Shown here piece after piece: positions 1-12,139 of a stretch of 64,000 bases of DNA. Position numbers and translations under genes: made by a program. The notes below the pieces were generated by a model. The model was not told the origin of the DNA. It worked only from the letters and a program-made list of their open reading frames with translations, and made no database searches. The DNA comes from Octopus bimaculoides (taxonomy: Eukaryota): assembly GCF_001194135.2 (NCBI RefSeq), contig NC_068992.1, positions 48,686,741 to 48,750,740 on the forward strand. Reading direction: 5' to 3'. Each line of letters opens with the position of its first letter. The stretch's first letter is position 1.

Positions 1-780
1 GAAAGGACAGAGAGAATTAGTTGAGGAATCCAACAATATACTACAATAAAATAAAGGAAATTGTGGAAAAGTAGTCTTCACTACAATCACAAAATCTACG
101 CAGTTTAGACTGGAAAAGAACTAAAGTAATAACGGAGAAAGCAGACGGTGTAATATTGCAAATAAGCACAAATAAACGTAACGCAGACCAACAAGCTGAT
201 TAAAGTAGAGGCAACTGTGATGTGGAAATGTTAGGGACAAAGAAAAGCAGAAAAGGTAAAAGGGGACAGCGATCCATTTTGGAAGCAAAGAATAGATGGA
301 AAATAGACCAACTGCGAAAAAATATAGGATTTGCAGAGAAATAGTAAAAACGGAAACTAAAATAAAAATAGTCAGAAAAACTGCTTGCAACGTCTGTAGA
401 ATATCAAACGAAAAGGCTTCAAGAGAATTATCGAGGAAATAAAATAAAACGCAAAAACAAAATCCGCCACAGCAAAACGTTACACACAACAAAATAGTAT
501 TTAAAAAGACAGGTTGTTCAAATGCAATGAATCCAAATATTTCAAAGAACTGAACGACATGCAGGTGACACAAATCATCGGTGAGAAAGAGAAAACGGGA
601 AAACTATGGGCGGATATTTGAGAAAGAAAACGTGCTCAAGCTCGCATTGAGGAAGCAGAATGGATAAAAGAAGTTGCAGCAAAAAACGCAAACTGAAAAG
701 CAACGAAATATTTAATTCAAAAAGCAATGTTAAAAAATAAAAAAAAATACAGATAAAAAAAGCTTGTCAATTGGAAATCT
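1..780 (+). mobile_element. Decayed R4/Dong-like (RLE-clade) non-LTR retrotransposon, pre-RT region
   Basis: Broken frames give LDWKRTKVITEK (about 103-140) and W-ADI..EAEWIKEVA (about 608-680), resembling the FW..IWE...HN..AEWI..V region upstream of R4/Dong RT; many stops and frameshifts. Confidence 0.5.
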
Positions 781-920
781 AAGAATATTGTATGAAAATG
801 TTTGAGGATGAAGGAATGGAAAGCCAGAGCGTTTCTAAATATATCACTTCCAGTGTTACATATGTGTTGGGGACAGATATTGATAAGGGTAATGAGGTCG
901 GCAACTACAGGGAGACACAC

Positions 921-954
921 GTCTCTCTCTCTCTCTTTCTTTCTCTCTCCCTCC

Positions 955-989
<35 letters not shown>

Positions 990-1004
990 TCTTTCTTTCT
1001 CTCT

Positions 1005-1062
<58 letters not shown>
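921..1062. repeat. (CT)n microsatellite
   Basis: Direct reading of sequence. Confidence 0.97.
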
Positions 1063-1063
<1 letters not shown>

Positions 1064-1089
1064 ATGTGAAAACTTTTGGCTGGAATTAT

Positions 1090-1282
1090 TACAGAAGAGA
1101 TATACAACCATCTTGAAAGACGGAACATCGACTCCAGTGCATTACTGTTACTTTTCTCATCGACCCTGAAAGGATGAAAAGCAAAGCCGACTTCGACGGA
1201 ATTTGAACTCAGTCTGTAAAGACGGACAAAATGCCGCCAAGCATCTTGCTCGCCATGCTAATGATTCTGCCGGCTCACTACC
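1090..1282 (-). mobile_element. tRNA-derived SINE, family B
   Basis: atcgaccctgaaaggatgaaaagcaaagccgacttcgacggaatttgaactcag is the reverse complement of the SINE body at 21400-21470; includes the B-box-like GAGTTCAAATTCC. Confidence 0.8.
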
Positions 1283-1300
1283 TTAGTAATAATAATAATA

Positions 1301-1301
1301 G

Positions 1302-1340
<39 letters not shown>

Positions 1341-1346
1341 CGACGA
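1301..1346. repeat. (GAT)n microsatellite
   Basis: Direct reading of sequence. Confidence 0.95.
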
Positions 1347-1670
1347 TTTCTTTACTTGCCACAGAACATGCATACATATATATATTACCAAAAGATTAAT
1401 AACTACATGTTCATTTTATATTATCTGTCTATTTGTCTGTCTGCCTGTCTATCAATCTATCGCTATATGCTTGTCCGTCTATCTTTCTGTGTCTCTATAT
1501 ACAGCTATGTTTCTCCCTTTCTCTCTCTATCTTTCTTTCTCTTTTTCTCTATCTCTATCTCTCTGTCTCTATTTATCTATCTATGTGTCTGTCGATCGAT
1601 TTGTCTATCTATCCGGCTTTTTCCTCTTGTTGGACTAGTGTCTGACAGAGACCATAAGTATCGACTTCTC

Positions 1671-1688
1671 TACGCCCTCTGGTGGCAG
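1671..1688 (-). promoter_or_regulatory. Candidate CTCF-binding motif
   Basis: Minus strand CTGCCACCAGAGGGCGTA matches the CTCF core CCACCAGRKGGCG; motif match only. Confidence 0.35.
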
Positions 1689-2119
1689 AATTACTCGGTT
1701 AAATTCAGCATGAGATTTACAACGAATCCTGTTGTATATAAACGGAAGAATCTAGCGGATTACACAAATGCAACTTCATTAACAAACTGTTGCGTCAACT
1801 GAATAGCAAGCAGCTCTTAAAGTCACCAGTGAATCAAGCTATATAACTATTTTATTTCATTACTTCTTGTTTCCTAGAAAATATTTTAGTTCGTATATAC
1901 AGGGAATAACATACAACAGCTGATTTCTACTCTTTGCGGAATAGAAGTAAAAGTAATGCCTCATTACTCTCCCGCTATGTTTGTAAGTTGAAGAAAAAAT
2001 GTTTTGATAATATATTTCAATAAAATGATCTGCAGACCGACCCGTTGTCTCCTATGCATTAATGTTATAAAGTCTTCAGTATGATTTAGAAACAACGGTA
2101 GCAAGAGCTTCTTTGCCTT

Positions 2120-2347
2120 TTTTTTCTTTTACTTGTTTCAGTCATAAGACTACGACTATGCTGGGGGCGCAACCTCAGAGATTTTTGTGTTTGCTTACTC
2201 GAATGAATGGAGAGCCATGCTTATTTTTAAAACCTCGTTCGTATTCTATCGGACTCCTTTGCTAAACCGCTAAGTTAAGGTGATGTACACTGCAGCAGCG
2301 GTTCTCAAGCGGTGGTTGTGGACAAACACAAAGAGACACGCACACTC

Positions 2348-2395
<48 letters not shown>

Positions 2396-2444
2396 CAGAC
2401 AGACAGACAGAGAGAAAGAGNNNNNNNNNNNNNNNNNNNNNNNN

Positions 2445-2499
<55 letters not shown>

Positions 2500-2654
2500 C
2501 TTTTCAGTTTCCATCTACCAAATCCACCAACAAGGCCTTGGTCAGCCCGAAGATACAGTAGAAGATACTTGCCCAAGGTGCCATGGCGCAGTAGGTTTAA
2601 ACACGGAACCATGTGGTTGGGAAGCAAGCTTCTTACCACACAGCCACGTCTGCG
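2120..2654 (-). mobile_element. tRNA-derived SINE, family A, with internal microsatellite
   Basis: Reverse-complement homolog of 58583-58998 (cttgcccaaggtgcc, ggaaccatgtggttgggaagcaagcttcttaccacacagcc; 3' tail ttttacttgtttcagtcat). Confidence 0.88.
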
Positions 2655-3406
2655 AATATGCAGATATGAGAATAAATATGACGTGATGCGCATTTATTCC
2701 GTGATTGAGCTAATGAAGGAGTTTCTGCATAATCATTAAGCTCGTTACTAATAATGACAAAATTATTCTCGAGGTATACCTCATGCCTTAAAAAGAAGAA
2801 TACATTGGTTAATGTACTACAAGATAGATTGTGGCTAAATAAATTGATAGCATGGACACTGAAACAGAAACTTTGATCAGAGCAACGTTAGGCTAATGTC
2901 AAGCTGATGATGCTTGACAAGAACAATGATAGCAACAAACCGTAGATCATCAACTTGGTCGCTTGAATTGCAAGAAATACTAATAATATTTAAATAACAC
3001 CTGGAAAAAAGGAAGTAGATATTCTATAATTATCATCATCATTTGGTGGTTCCAGTTGAGAGAGACATTCCAATTTTTCAATATATTTCATAATCCTGCG
3101 AATCCGAGAATCTGAGGCTTTTCGTAAGATAACCATTATCAATGTGTTCAAAATCAAAGAAACAAAAAAAAACTGAGAAGCAATGGAAAGAGACAAAATT
3201 TACTATATTAAAACCATCAGATTCTCTTTTGTTTCTCCTTTCAGTGTATGAAGCCTCCTTCAGCAATTTTTTGTTTGTTGATTATTTGCTTTATACTTAT
3301 ACGTTTTTCAGGAGAGCGATTCGCTTGTCTTAGTCTGCTTGCTATGTTTTGCATCTTTGTTGCCCCTTGTGCCACATTTCACTCATGTTATCTGTGTGGT
3401 TTTTAC

Positions 3407-3460
3407 CTGTTTATAACTTTGCGTATACTCAGAATCGCTCGCTGCTTCTTCGCAGATTGA
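3407..3460 (-). CDS. Candidate exon of host gene (SICEEAASDSEYTQSYKQ)
   Basis: tatag| acceptor, CAG|GTAAAA donor, 54 nt, phase 0-0, compatible with the phase-0 end of exon 9370-9656; could instead read through to TGA as a terminal exon. Confidence 0.35.
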
Positions 3461-3516
3461 CTATATACACACAGAGACACATACATAGACACACACACAC
3501 ACACACATACACACAC

Positions 3517-3557
<41 letters not shown>

Positions 3558-3569
3558 CAGTTCAAGATG

Positions 3570-3900
3570 CAGACACCTTAATTTCACCAGCTACATCAGA
3601 TACCAAATCCAATATGTTTTGGGTGGTGACTTTAAAGCGAAGAAGTACTGCTCACCGTCAACCTCACATTCTCATCCGTGGTCATCTTCAGTCTAGTGGC
3701 AAGAACAGTTAAGATGACTGGACTTACAGATGGATGCAGCGGATGACCAAAACGCCTTGCCTCATATTACTCTCTGCACGCCAGAGTGCGTTACTGAAGC
3801 TGCTTTCACTTCCGTTGAACTATGAATGTTTCTTCTGCAGAGTCCGCAGGATCCAGTTTTCAAAGGCGAGCGTGGCAAGCATATCATAATATTAATTAGC
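3570..3900 (+). mobile_element. Decayed APE-endonuclease region of an I/Jockey-type LINE
   Basis: YVLGGDFKAKK at about 3612-3645 resembles the APE motif GDFNAKH; the remainder is degenerate. Confidence 0.35.
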
Positions 3901-4688
3901 ATATTAAGGCTAATTAACCCATAACTAGGACCCTACACCATGCCAGAGTAAACTTGGGAACAGTAGTGGCCAAGAAGTGGTTTCACACACCTGATATTCC
4001 TGGAATTCCCGAATCAGAGCTCCAAAACCGGAAGCAGTTTAAAGGCTTACCCCGCACATATTGTAGTCTTGATACACAATAAGACGTGACTGCTATGCCT
4101 GAGAAATATTTGATAATTCTTGCTCGATCAAAGCTGCTCTGTGGAGTAAACACCATCAGCAACAATGATCACACCCTAAGCTATGATTAATGCGTAAATT
4201 AACCGATTAAACACCACATATGCGATCAGGAAGATAGTGTGGAAGAGAGCATCGTTCACACAACATAAACCGAATTATAAATTATAGCATAGAGAAGATG
4301 AATTCTACTTCAAATATTGTTATACACAGCACGACAGTTAATGACACATCAAACACCCACCAACCAATTAAAATACTGTATTATTTATTACTGCTATACC
4401 CTAATATAGTTTTCAGACTATTTTCTTTTCTATCTAGAAAGGTTATTTTTTTAATATATATATGGTTTCTCTCCTCACGACCTTATGATAAAATAACTTT
4501 TCAAAGAATAGATGTTAATCGCTGAATCCTAATATGTGTATATATGTACCAATGTCTCTGTGTGTTTTGTGAGCGCGTGAGTGCATATCTGTATGTGTAT
4601 ATACATAAATGTGTGCACCTGTATACAGATGCAAGCACAAAAAAGCCAATCGTACGTTCACACACGACACTGTGTGTGCGTATAAATA

Positions 4689-4729
<41 letters not shown>

Positions 4730-4860
4730 CATATATATTATATATATACATGTATATACATATATATCTACACATATATATTATATATAGACATTAATAT
4801 ATGTGAATATATATGTATATATATATATTTATACATACATATATACATACATATATATAA

Positions 4861-4895
<35 letters not shown>

Positions 4896-5465
4896 GGTAT
4901 ATATGAATATACGCGCAGTGTAATACATGTATATGCATACACATAAACACACATAAACATTAGAGGATGTATGTAAATATGAATACGTGCTTATGTACGA
5001 TTGTATATGTGCTTCCAATCATGTGTATGTAGTTTGATATATAATAGATCTTCGGATTATGTGTGAATGTGTGTGCACCCATGTGTGTGTGTGAGAGAGA
5101 GAAAGGGAAAGAAAGAGAGTGTGTGTGTGAATGTGTGTATTATGTAGAGGTAATATACAAACATACATATACAGCTAGTCTATGAATGCAAGATGTCTGT
5201 TTAGAGGAAGATATATGATATAATTTACGGCGAATTGTACGTGTAAAAAGGCAATATATAAACTAACAATATGGACGTGTGATAAGTGTCAAAAAAGGAA
5301 AGTGTATCATATAAATTATTTGTATATGATAGGCCGAAAAGGGCCAATATATATATATTATGAATTATAGTTTATATGGAACGTGTAAAGGGAAAACTAA
5401 TACTGATGTGTATAAATATATATACATACATATGTGTGTGTATGTGTGTGTTCGTATATATGTAT

Positions 5466-5513
<48 letters not shown>

Positions 5514-7530
5514 NNNNNNNNNNNNNNNNNNNNNNNNNNNNNNNNNNNNNNNNNNNNNNNNNNNNNNNNNNNNNNNNNNNNNNNNNNNNNNNNNNNNNNN
5601 NNNNNNNNNNNNNNNNNNNNNNNNNNNNNNNNNNNNNNNNNNNNNNNNNNNNNNNNNNNNNNNNNNNNNNNNNNNNNNNNNNNNNNNNNNNNNNNNNNNN
5701 NNNNNNNNNNNNNNNNNNNNNNNNNNNNNNNNNNNNNNNNNNNNNNNNNNNNNNNNNNNNNNNNNNNNNNNNNNNNNNNNNNNNNNNNNNNNNNNNNNNN
5801 NNNNNNNNNNNNNNNNNNNNNNNNNNNNNNNNNNNNNNNNNNNNNNNNNNNNNNNNNNNNNNNNNNNNNNNNNNNNNNNNNNNNNNNNNNNNNNNNNNNN
5901 NNNNNNNNNNNNNNNNNNNNNNNNNNNNNNNNNNNNNNNNNNNNNNNNNNNNNNNNNNNNNNNNNNNNNNNNNNNNNNNNNNNNNNNNNNNNNNNNNNNN
6001 NNNNNNNNNNNNNNNNNNNNNNNNNNNNNNNNNNNNNNNNNNNNNNNNNNNNNNNNNNNNNNNNNNNNNNNNNNNNNNNNNNNNNNNNNNNNNNNNNNNN
6101 NNNNNNNNNNNNNNNNNNNNNNNNNNNNNNNNNNNNNNNNNNNNNNNNNNNNNNNNNNNNNNNNNNNNNNNNNNNNNNNNNNNNNNNNNNNNNNNNNNNN
6201 NNNNNNNNNNNNNNNNTATATATATATGATGTTCATTTTCCACCCAATAAAAAACATCCTGAATTGTATTTCTGTTTTACAGAGGGAACGTACCGGATGA
6301 TTTACAGGCATAGTCAAAAGAGATGTGGATATATGACACTCATTCAGTTCACATATACGTGGTTGAGTTTATCGAATCTTATAAACTATACTCACTAACA
6401 CGGCGAGTTGTTTTTTGCCCACAAACTTTCTCGAGTGAGTACATAGGACTCTGTAATGATATAGTGAAGGAGGAAATACGATGCAGTAACAGCGTTGCAT
6501 TTCCTGAACGTTTCAGTTGTTCCATTAACTGATTCAACCGTGAATGGAGTGTAGGACATTGTTTTTCCGGCAATTTTATCAGTTGTAAAATATGTATTTC
6601 TCTGCCTATCTCTCCTTCATATCTATGTTATGTGTGTGAGAATAGGGGCAGCTGATGAAGGAAATATTCTCTATGTGGCCTGTATGTTTTCTGTTCTCTG
6701 TTCATGTTCTGTTTTTCATTTTGTCCACGTTTTTTTTGTGACGTCCTCTACCCAGATATGCATCTATATATACATGTAGATGTAGGCATGTACATACATG
6801 TACGTATATATGCATATACTCACATATTATTTGTATTATTATTATTATTATTATTACTATTATATATATANNNNNNNNNNNNNNNNNNNNNNNNNNNNNN
6901 NNNNNNNNNNNNNNNNNNNNNNNNNNNNNNNNNNNNNNNNNNNNNNNNNNNNNNNNNNNNNNNNNNNNNNNNNNNNNNNNNNNNNNNNNNNNNNNNNNNN
7001 NNNNNNNNNNNNNNNNNNNNNNNNNNNNNNNNNNNNNNNNNNNNNNNNNNNNNNNNNNNNNNNNNNNNNNNNNNNNNNNNNNNNNNNNNNNNNNNNNNNN
7101 NNNNNNNNNNNNNNNNNNNNNNNNNNNNNNNNNNNNNNNNNNNNNNNNNNNNNNNNNNNNNNNNNNNNNNNNNNNNNNNNNNNNNNNNNNNNNNNNNNNN
7201 NNNNNNNNNNNNNNNNNNNNNNNNNNNNNNNNNNNNNNNNNNNNNNNNNNNNNNNNNNNNNNNNNNNNNNNNNNNNNNNNNNNNNNNNNNNNNNNNNNNN
7301 NNNNNNNNNNNNNNNNNNNNNNNNNNNNNNNNNNNNNNNNNNNNNNNNNNNNNNNNNNNNNNNNNNNNNNNNNNNNNNNNNNNNNNNNNNNNNNNNNNNN
7401 NNNNNNNNNNNNNNNNNNNNNNNNNNNNNNNNNNNNNNNNNNNNNNNNNNNNNNNNNNNNNNNNNNNNNNNNNNNNNNNNNNNNNNNNNNNNNNNNNNNN
7501 NNNNNNNNNNNNNNNNNNNNNNNNNNNNNN

Positions 7531-7862
7531 NAACATGAAATATAGCGTGATACCAAAACGTAAGCGGGCAAGACATTTAAAATCACCGAAAAGGAACATT
7601 ATTAAACAGTTACCGGTTTCAAATTTAACAATCTCACCGACTGTCTATTTCTCTTCAGCCTGATTTGTAGTGGAACCATAATCATCAGAACCCCATACAA
7701 AGTTGCCCACCGCCATAGTTGCGCGTGTATATGGTTCTGCTAATTACAGCTTAATGGTAAAATTCAAAAGTCTTCGTTTTGGCGCGCTAATTCCAGGAAT
7801 ATGTCTGCAGAGAATATTTACTGCGTCGCATATATCTAGTATGAGAACTCGGTAAGGGTTAA
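7531..7862. mobile_element. End of a piggyBac-like non-autonomous element
   Basis: Segment ends ggtaagggTTAA, i.e. the TTAA-CCCT terminus typical of piggyBac; the other end is lost in the gap. Confidence 0.35.
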
Positions 7863-8498
7863 TATATTATTTAAAAAATGGCAAAAAATCATATATTAAT
7901 TAATAGTCGAGAGAAAGGAGATAAACTGCGCTGTATAAAGTATTTAGAATATAAATTGTAATACTCAAATACAATTAGGATATTCATGAGCACCTCCTCG
8001 CACGAATTTCAGAACTTTAAAAATATGTATCATTAATAGTTATTTATAACGGTAACCGATAAAGAAGCCTTTATTGTTGAAAATTAGTTTTCCGTTAAAA
8101 CATAATGCTGTTAGTTAGAGATCTATCCCTGACTAAGGTCACACGTTTTCAGAATCATGCACTTCTGTCAAATACTGATATTTTAATGTTTGTATGTATG
8201 CATTTCGTTATGATCATGGATCTGTTTTAGAGTGCAAAATAGATCTTCGCAAGAGATATGTTTCCTTAGCAGTGCAGCAGGTGTAGAACATATTTCGTCT
8301 GTTTCCCTTGGGTTTTTTAAAAAACCGTTTCACATAAGATTTTCTTTACATCACGAGAGAGCTTACAAGCATTAACATATACATACATACATACATACNN
8401 NNNNNNNNNNNNNNNNNNNNNNNNNNNNNNNNNNNNNNNNNNNNNNNNNNNNNNNNNNNNNNNNNNNNNNNNNNNNNNNNNNNNNNNNNNNNNNNNNN

Positions 8499-8640
8499 CC
8501 TCCGTCTTCTGTTTCTGACGAAGAGCTTTGCTCGAAACGTAAAACTACCTTTCTTTCCTTCCGTGAGCGTCTGCTAATATTTTGCATGCACCACGTCCTT
8601 GCGTTGTTGTTTTTTCTTGTTATGTTTTTTCTTCGCTTTT
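8499..8640 (+). mobile_element. Hammerhead-bearing repeat, family HH-2 (Penelope terminal-repeat-like)
   Basis: Colinear homolog of the reverse complement of 37269-37410; both flanks are assembly gaps. Confidence 0.7.
8511..8545 (+). ncRNA. Minimal type I hammerhead ribozyme (intact core)
   Basis: GUUU-CUGACGA-A-GAGC(UUU)GCUC-GAAA-CGU-A-AAAC: 4-bp stem I, 4-bp stem II, palindromic ACGU stem III, GUA cleavage triplet. Confidence 0.7.
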
Positions 8641-9190
8641 NNNNNNNNNNNNNNNNNNNNNNNNNNNNNNNNNNNNNNNNNNNNNNNNNNNNNNNNNNNN
8701 NNNNNNNNNNNNNNNNNNNNNNNNNNNNNNNNNNNNNNNNNNNNNNNNNNNNNNNNNNNNNNNNNNNNNNNNNNNNNNNNNNNNNNNNNNNNNNNNNNNN
8801 NNNNNNNNNNNNNNNNNNNNNNNNNNNNNNNNNNNNNNNNNNNNNNNNNNNNNNNNNNNNNNNNNNNNNNNNNNNNNNNNNNNNNNNNNNNNNNNNNNNN
8901 NNNNNNNNNNNNNNNNNNNNNNNNNNNNNNNNNNNNNNNNNNNNNNNNNNNNNNNNNNNNNNNNNNNNNNNNNNNNNNNNNNNNNNNNNNNNNNNNNNNN
9001 NNNNNNNNNNNNNNNNNNNNNNNNNNNNNNNNNNNNNNNNNNNNNNNNNNNNNNNNNNNNNNNNNNNNNNNNNNNNNNNNNNNNNNNNNNNNNNNNNNNN
9101 NNNNNNNNNNNNNNNNNNNNNNNNNNNNNNNNNNNNNNNNNNNNNNNNNNNNNNNNNNNNNNNNNNNNNNNNNNNNNNNNNNNNNNNNNN

Positions 9191-9247
<57 letters not shown>

Positions 9248-9369
9248 GTGATACATATTATCCACACACAATATATATATATATTTACTTACGCACACGC
9301 ATATAATTGTATATGTATATACGTGTATATAACTGTCAATATGATATGATGATAATTAAGTGAACATAC

Positions 9370-9656
9370 CTGTGTTTTTAAAACGAGGTTAGCAAATGTG
9401 ATTCGCTCTCCTGGTCTAGCTTGAGATATGGATATTCGTCCTGCGTCACCAGGCAACACTGATAGTCTGTGTCTTTCTTGTTTAGCCTTTTCCATAAGGA
9501 ACTGCTGGATGGATTTCTTTCTTAATGGTGTCATGGGTGGCTGCATTTCATCCTTTTGGCTTCCTATACTCAACCGTTTCGCAGCAGCACCGGAAGCACT
9601 GGAAAATGAGACGCGCGAACCTCTTCGACTGCTTTTTTCACCTTTTGCACTTAAAC
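9370..9656 (-). CDS. Internal exon of unidentified host gene (Ser/Arg-rich, GLSAKGEKSSRRGSRVSF...ITFANLVLKTQ)
   Basis: ctaactcacag| acceptor, CAG|GTATGT donor, 287 nt open in phase 1-0, non-repetitive, more GC-rich than its flanks. Confidence 0.85.
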
Positions 9657-9879
9657 CTGTGAGTTAGAAAACGATAGTATAGTTTAGATAGATAGATAGA
9701 TACACAGACAGACGGACGGACAGACAGACAGACAGACTGACACACAGATTGATAGAATTCGAGCTAAATTTGACAATTCATATAAATGGATAAGAAAACG
9801 TAACATCCTACTCAAAAAATAAGTGTAGTTAAAAAAGAAATTAAATATAAACTAGGTTATAGATGGAAGATAACAGTTT

Positions 9880-10040
9880 ACTCAAAGCCGCCATCCTCAG
9901 CTTGCAACAAAACTTTAAAGCGGCTTCGGAACTTGGTGCATGAATTCTTCACTGGCAAAAGCTTCAAATACATCTATGACTTTGGCTGCTAAGTTGGCCT
10001 TAGTGTAGAGCGGTTGGCGTCTTTTTCAACAACGCCCCCA
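9880..10040 (-). mobile_element. Tc1/mariner transposase C-terminal remnant
   Basis: WGVVEKDANRS..TKANLAAKVIDVFE...EDGGFE with frameshifts; matches the mariner-type C-terminal WG.VE...N....L...I...F...EGGYFE pattern. Confidence 0.7.
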
Positions 10041-10045
10041 CATAT

Positions 10046-10077
<32 letters not shown>

Positions 10078-10228
10078 NNNNNNNNNNNNNNNNNNNNNNN
10101 NNNNNNNNNNNTATATATATATACGAGTGAGTGGACAAATAAAGAAGGGCACTCAAATTTCCAACGGCTGAGGATTAGCATCACACTTATAAACTGGGAT
10201 TACCAAGGAATTTGAATCAAATTGCTTT

Positions 10229-10267
<39 letters not shown>

Positions 10268-11489
10268 CAAAATGGGACACTGTTTCACGCCTACGCCTGT
10301 GAATGTGCATTATAGTTACACCCTATAGGGTGTATAGGACGACTGCAAAAGACGATTGCGTTTACACACTGTGATGGCTTATCAATAAACGACATTCTCC
10401 GACTTATTCCGTTTTGGGGAGTAGGATAGAATTTGATTGATATTCGGTTACTAGTTCTAGTAAATGGATTTCCACTTATGGCTTGAGAAAGAAATATAAT
10501 TGTAACTCTTATTGAGCAGCCTCAGATTAGTTCTGCACAAACAGTTCTAATTAATATAAAAACATATTGGTATATTCTAGCGAAAGACATACTGTTAATG
10601 TGAAATGTATGTATCGCGAATATTCTCAAGTATTTGAAATGGAGGTTAGTGTGTGGTTCTCACAACTATAATCTCGTAGTCTCGATTTTTGGACCAAGTA
10701 GCACGTTGTATCCTTGAGTATCCTTTATTTCTTGTTTCTCTAGTTTACTTAACTGAAATAACTACGCGCCAATTGTTGGTGCAACCTTCTCTTCTTGTAC
10801 CTGTCACAACCTGAATGTTCCGCTTGTTCAAGAGTAAGAGACCCGATAAGAGGTGTGTATGTGTGCTCGCTACGACATAGCCGCGCTCTAAACGATTGGC
10901 GAAAGCATAATACATAATATTATAGCGTTCTTGCTCGCGAGTGACGACTCTAGATGTATTGCTTTGACAATATCTACGTTAAAACAACTGATGTTTTGAT
11001 GTGTTGTTTCTTTGATCAGGTTAGCTGAAGTAAGTTCATATAAAGATTATTAAACAAGGAAGTGAGTAGTTCTTCTGTGAATCATTTCAGAATCCTCTAT
11101 GAATTGGTAAAAAAAAATATATTCCTACAAATATTTGGGATACTGTCAGTCTCGGAACTAATGAATACACAAAGAAAATTTCTAAGGATTCGGTTGTTTC
11201 TTTTCTTCTTCCTTTTCTACTTCAGGTGTGATTATTTAAGTTTCAACACTATATTTTGTCGTATAAACATCTTCCTCCGCTGTGTTGAAGAATTATCTTG
11301 GGACAACAATATTGTTGCAATAAAGATATAATCTATAAAACTAAAATACAAACCTCCAAAGAGTAGACCGAACAGTGTTTCGACAAAAATAAAATTTTCT
11401 CAGCAACAGACGAGTGTATATTCACGCTTTATTTACACAGGATGGTGTGTATGGGAGAACGTTGGCTCAGCAATTGAAGCGTCTTTTAT

Positions 11490-11870
11490 CGTTTCCTTGT
11501 TTCAGTTATTAGACTGCGGCCATGCTGGGGCACTGCCTTGAATTTTCAGTCGAATGAATCTTCCTTCCCTAGGATTTCTGTTTTTTAAGCCTTGTACTTA
11601 TGCTATCGATCCCTTTTGCCGAACCGCTAAAATACAGGGACACAAACACACCAACACCATGATACACACGCACACACACCTATATATACATATATATATA
11701 TACATATATATATATATATGTATATATATACACACACGAGTTTTCAATTACCGTTTATCTAATACACTCGCAAGGCTTGGTCGGCTCAAAGTTATAGTAG
11801 GAGACATTTGCCCAAGGTGCCATACAGTGGGACTGAACCAGGAACTATGTGGTTAGAAAGCAAACGTATC
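11490..11870 (-). mobile_element. SINE family A with internal (AT/AC)n
   Basis: ttgcccaaggtgccatacagtgggactgaacc and cttgtttcagttattagactgcggccatgctggggcac are homologous to 58583-58998. Confidence 0.85.
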
Positions 11871-11987
11871 TTTTCATTCTCTCCATATTCTGGCAGATTC
11901 GAACGGGAATATCTGATTGGATTTATTTTTTGTCAGAGAACGCATCTCTCCTTTAGCCGTTAAGTGTTCACAACACACGTGATTCAC

Positions 11988-12046
11988 CTCTGTAAGGGGC
12001 ACGATGATTTTGAAACACTGCAAGGGCTTTCAAAGTCCTCTTACAC
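11988..12046 (-). CDS. Internal exon of host gene (CKRTLKALAVFQNHRAPYR)
   Basis: gttttccacag| acceptor, GAG|GTGAAT donor, 59 nt, only one open frame, and its phase-1 end joins the phase-1 start of exon 9370-9656 (G|GT = Gly). Confidence 0.65.
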
Positions 12047-12120
12047 CTGTGGAAAACGTCTGTTATGAACTCATAACGTCATGAAGAGTCCTCGATTCAA
12101 CTAGTTAAACCATGATGCAA

Positions 12121-12139
12121 TAGCTCCACCTAGTGGAAA
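12121..12139 (-). promoter_or_regulatory. Candidate CTCF-binding motif
   Basis: Minus strand TTTCCACTAGGTGGAGCTA versus consensus CCACYAGRKGGCGCTA (one core mismatch). Confidence 0.3.

Noticed and set aside
6652-6700. CUGAUGAAGG hammerhead-like start
   Set aside because: No stem II closure or GAAA follows.
10317-10334. Perfect 18-bp palindrome TACACCCTATAGGGTGTA
   Set aside because: Single occurrence with no associated structure; could be chance or a repair scar.
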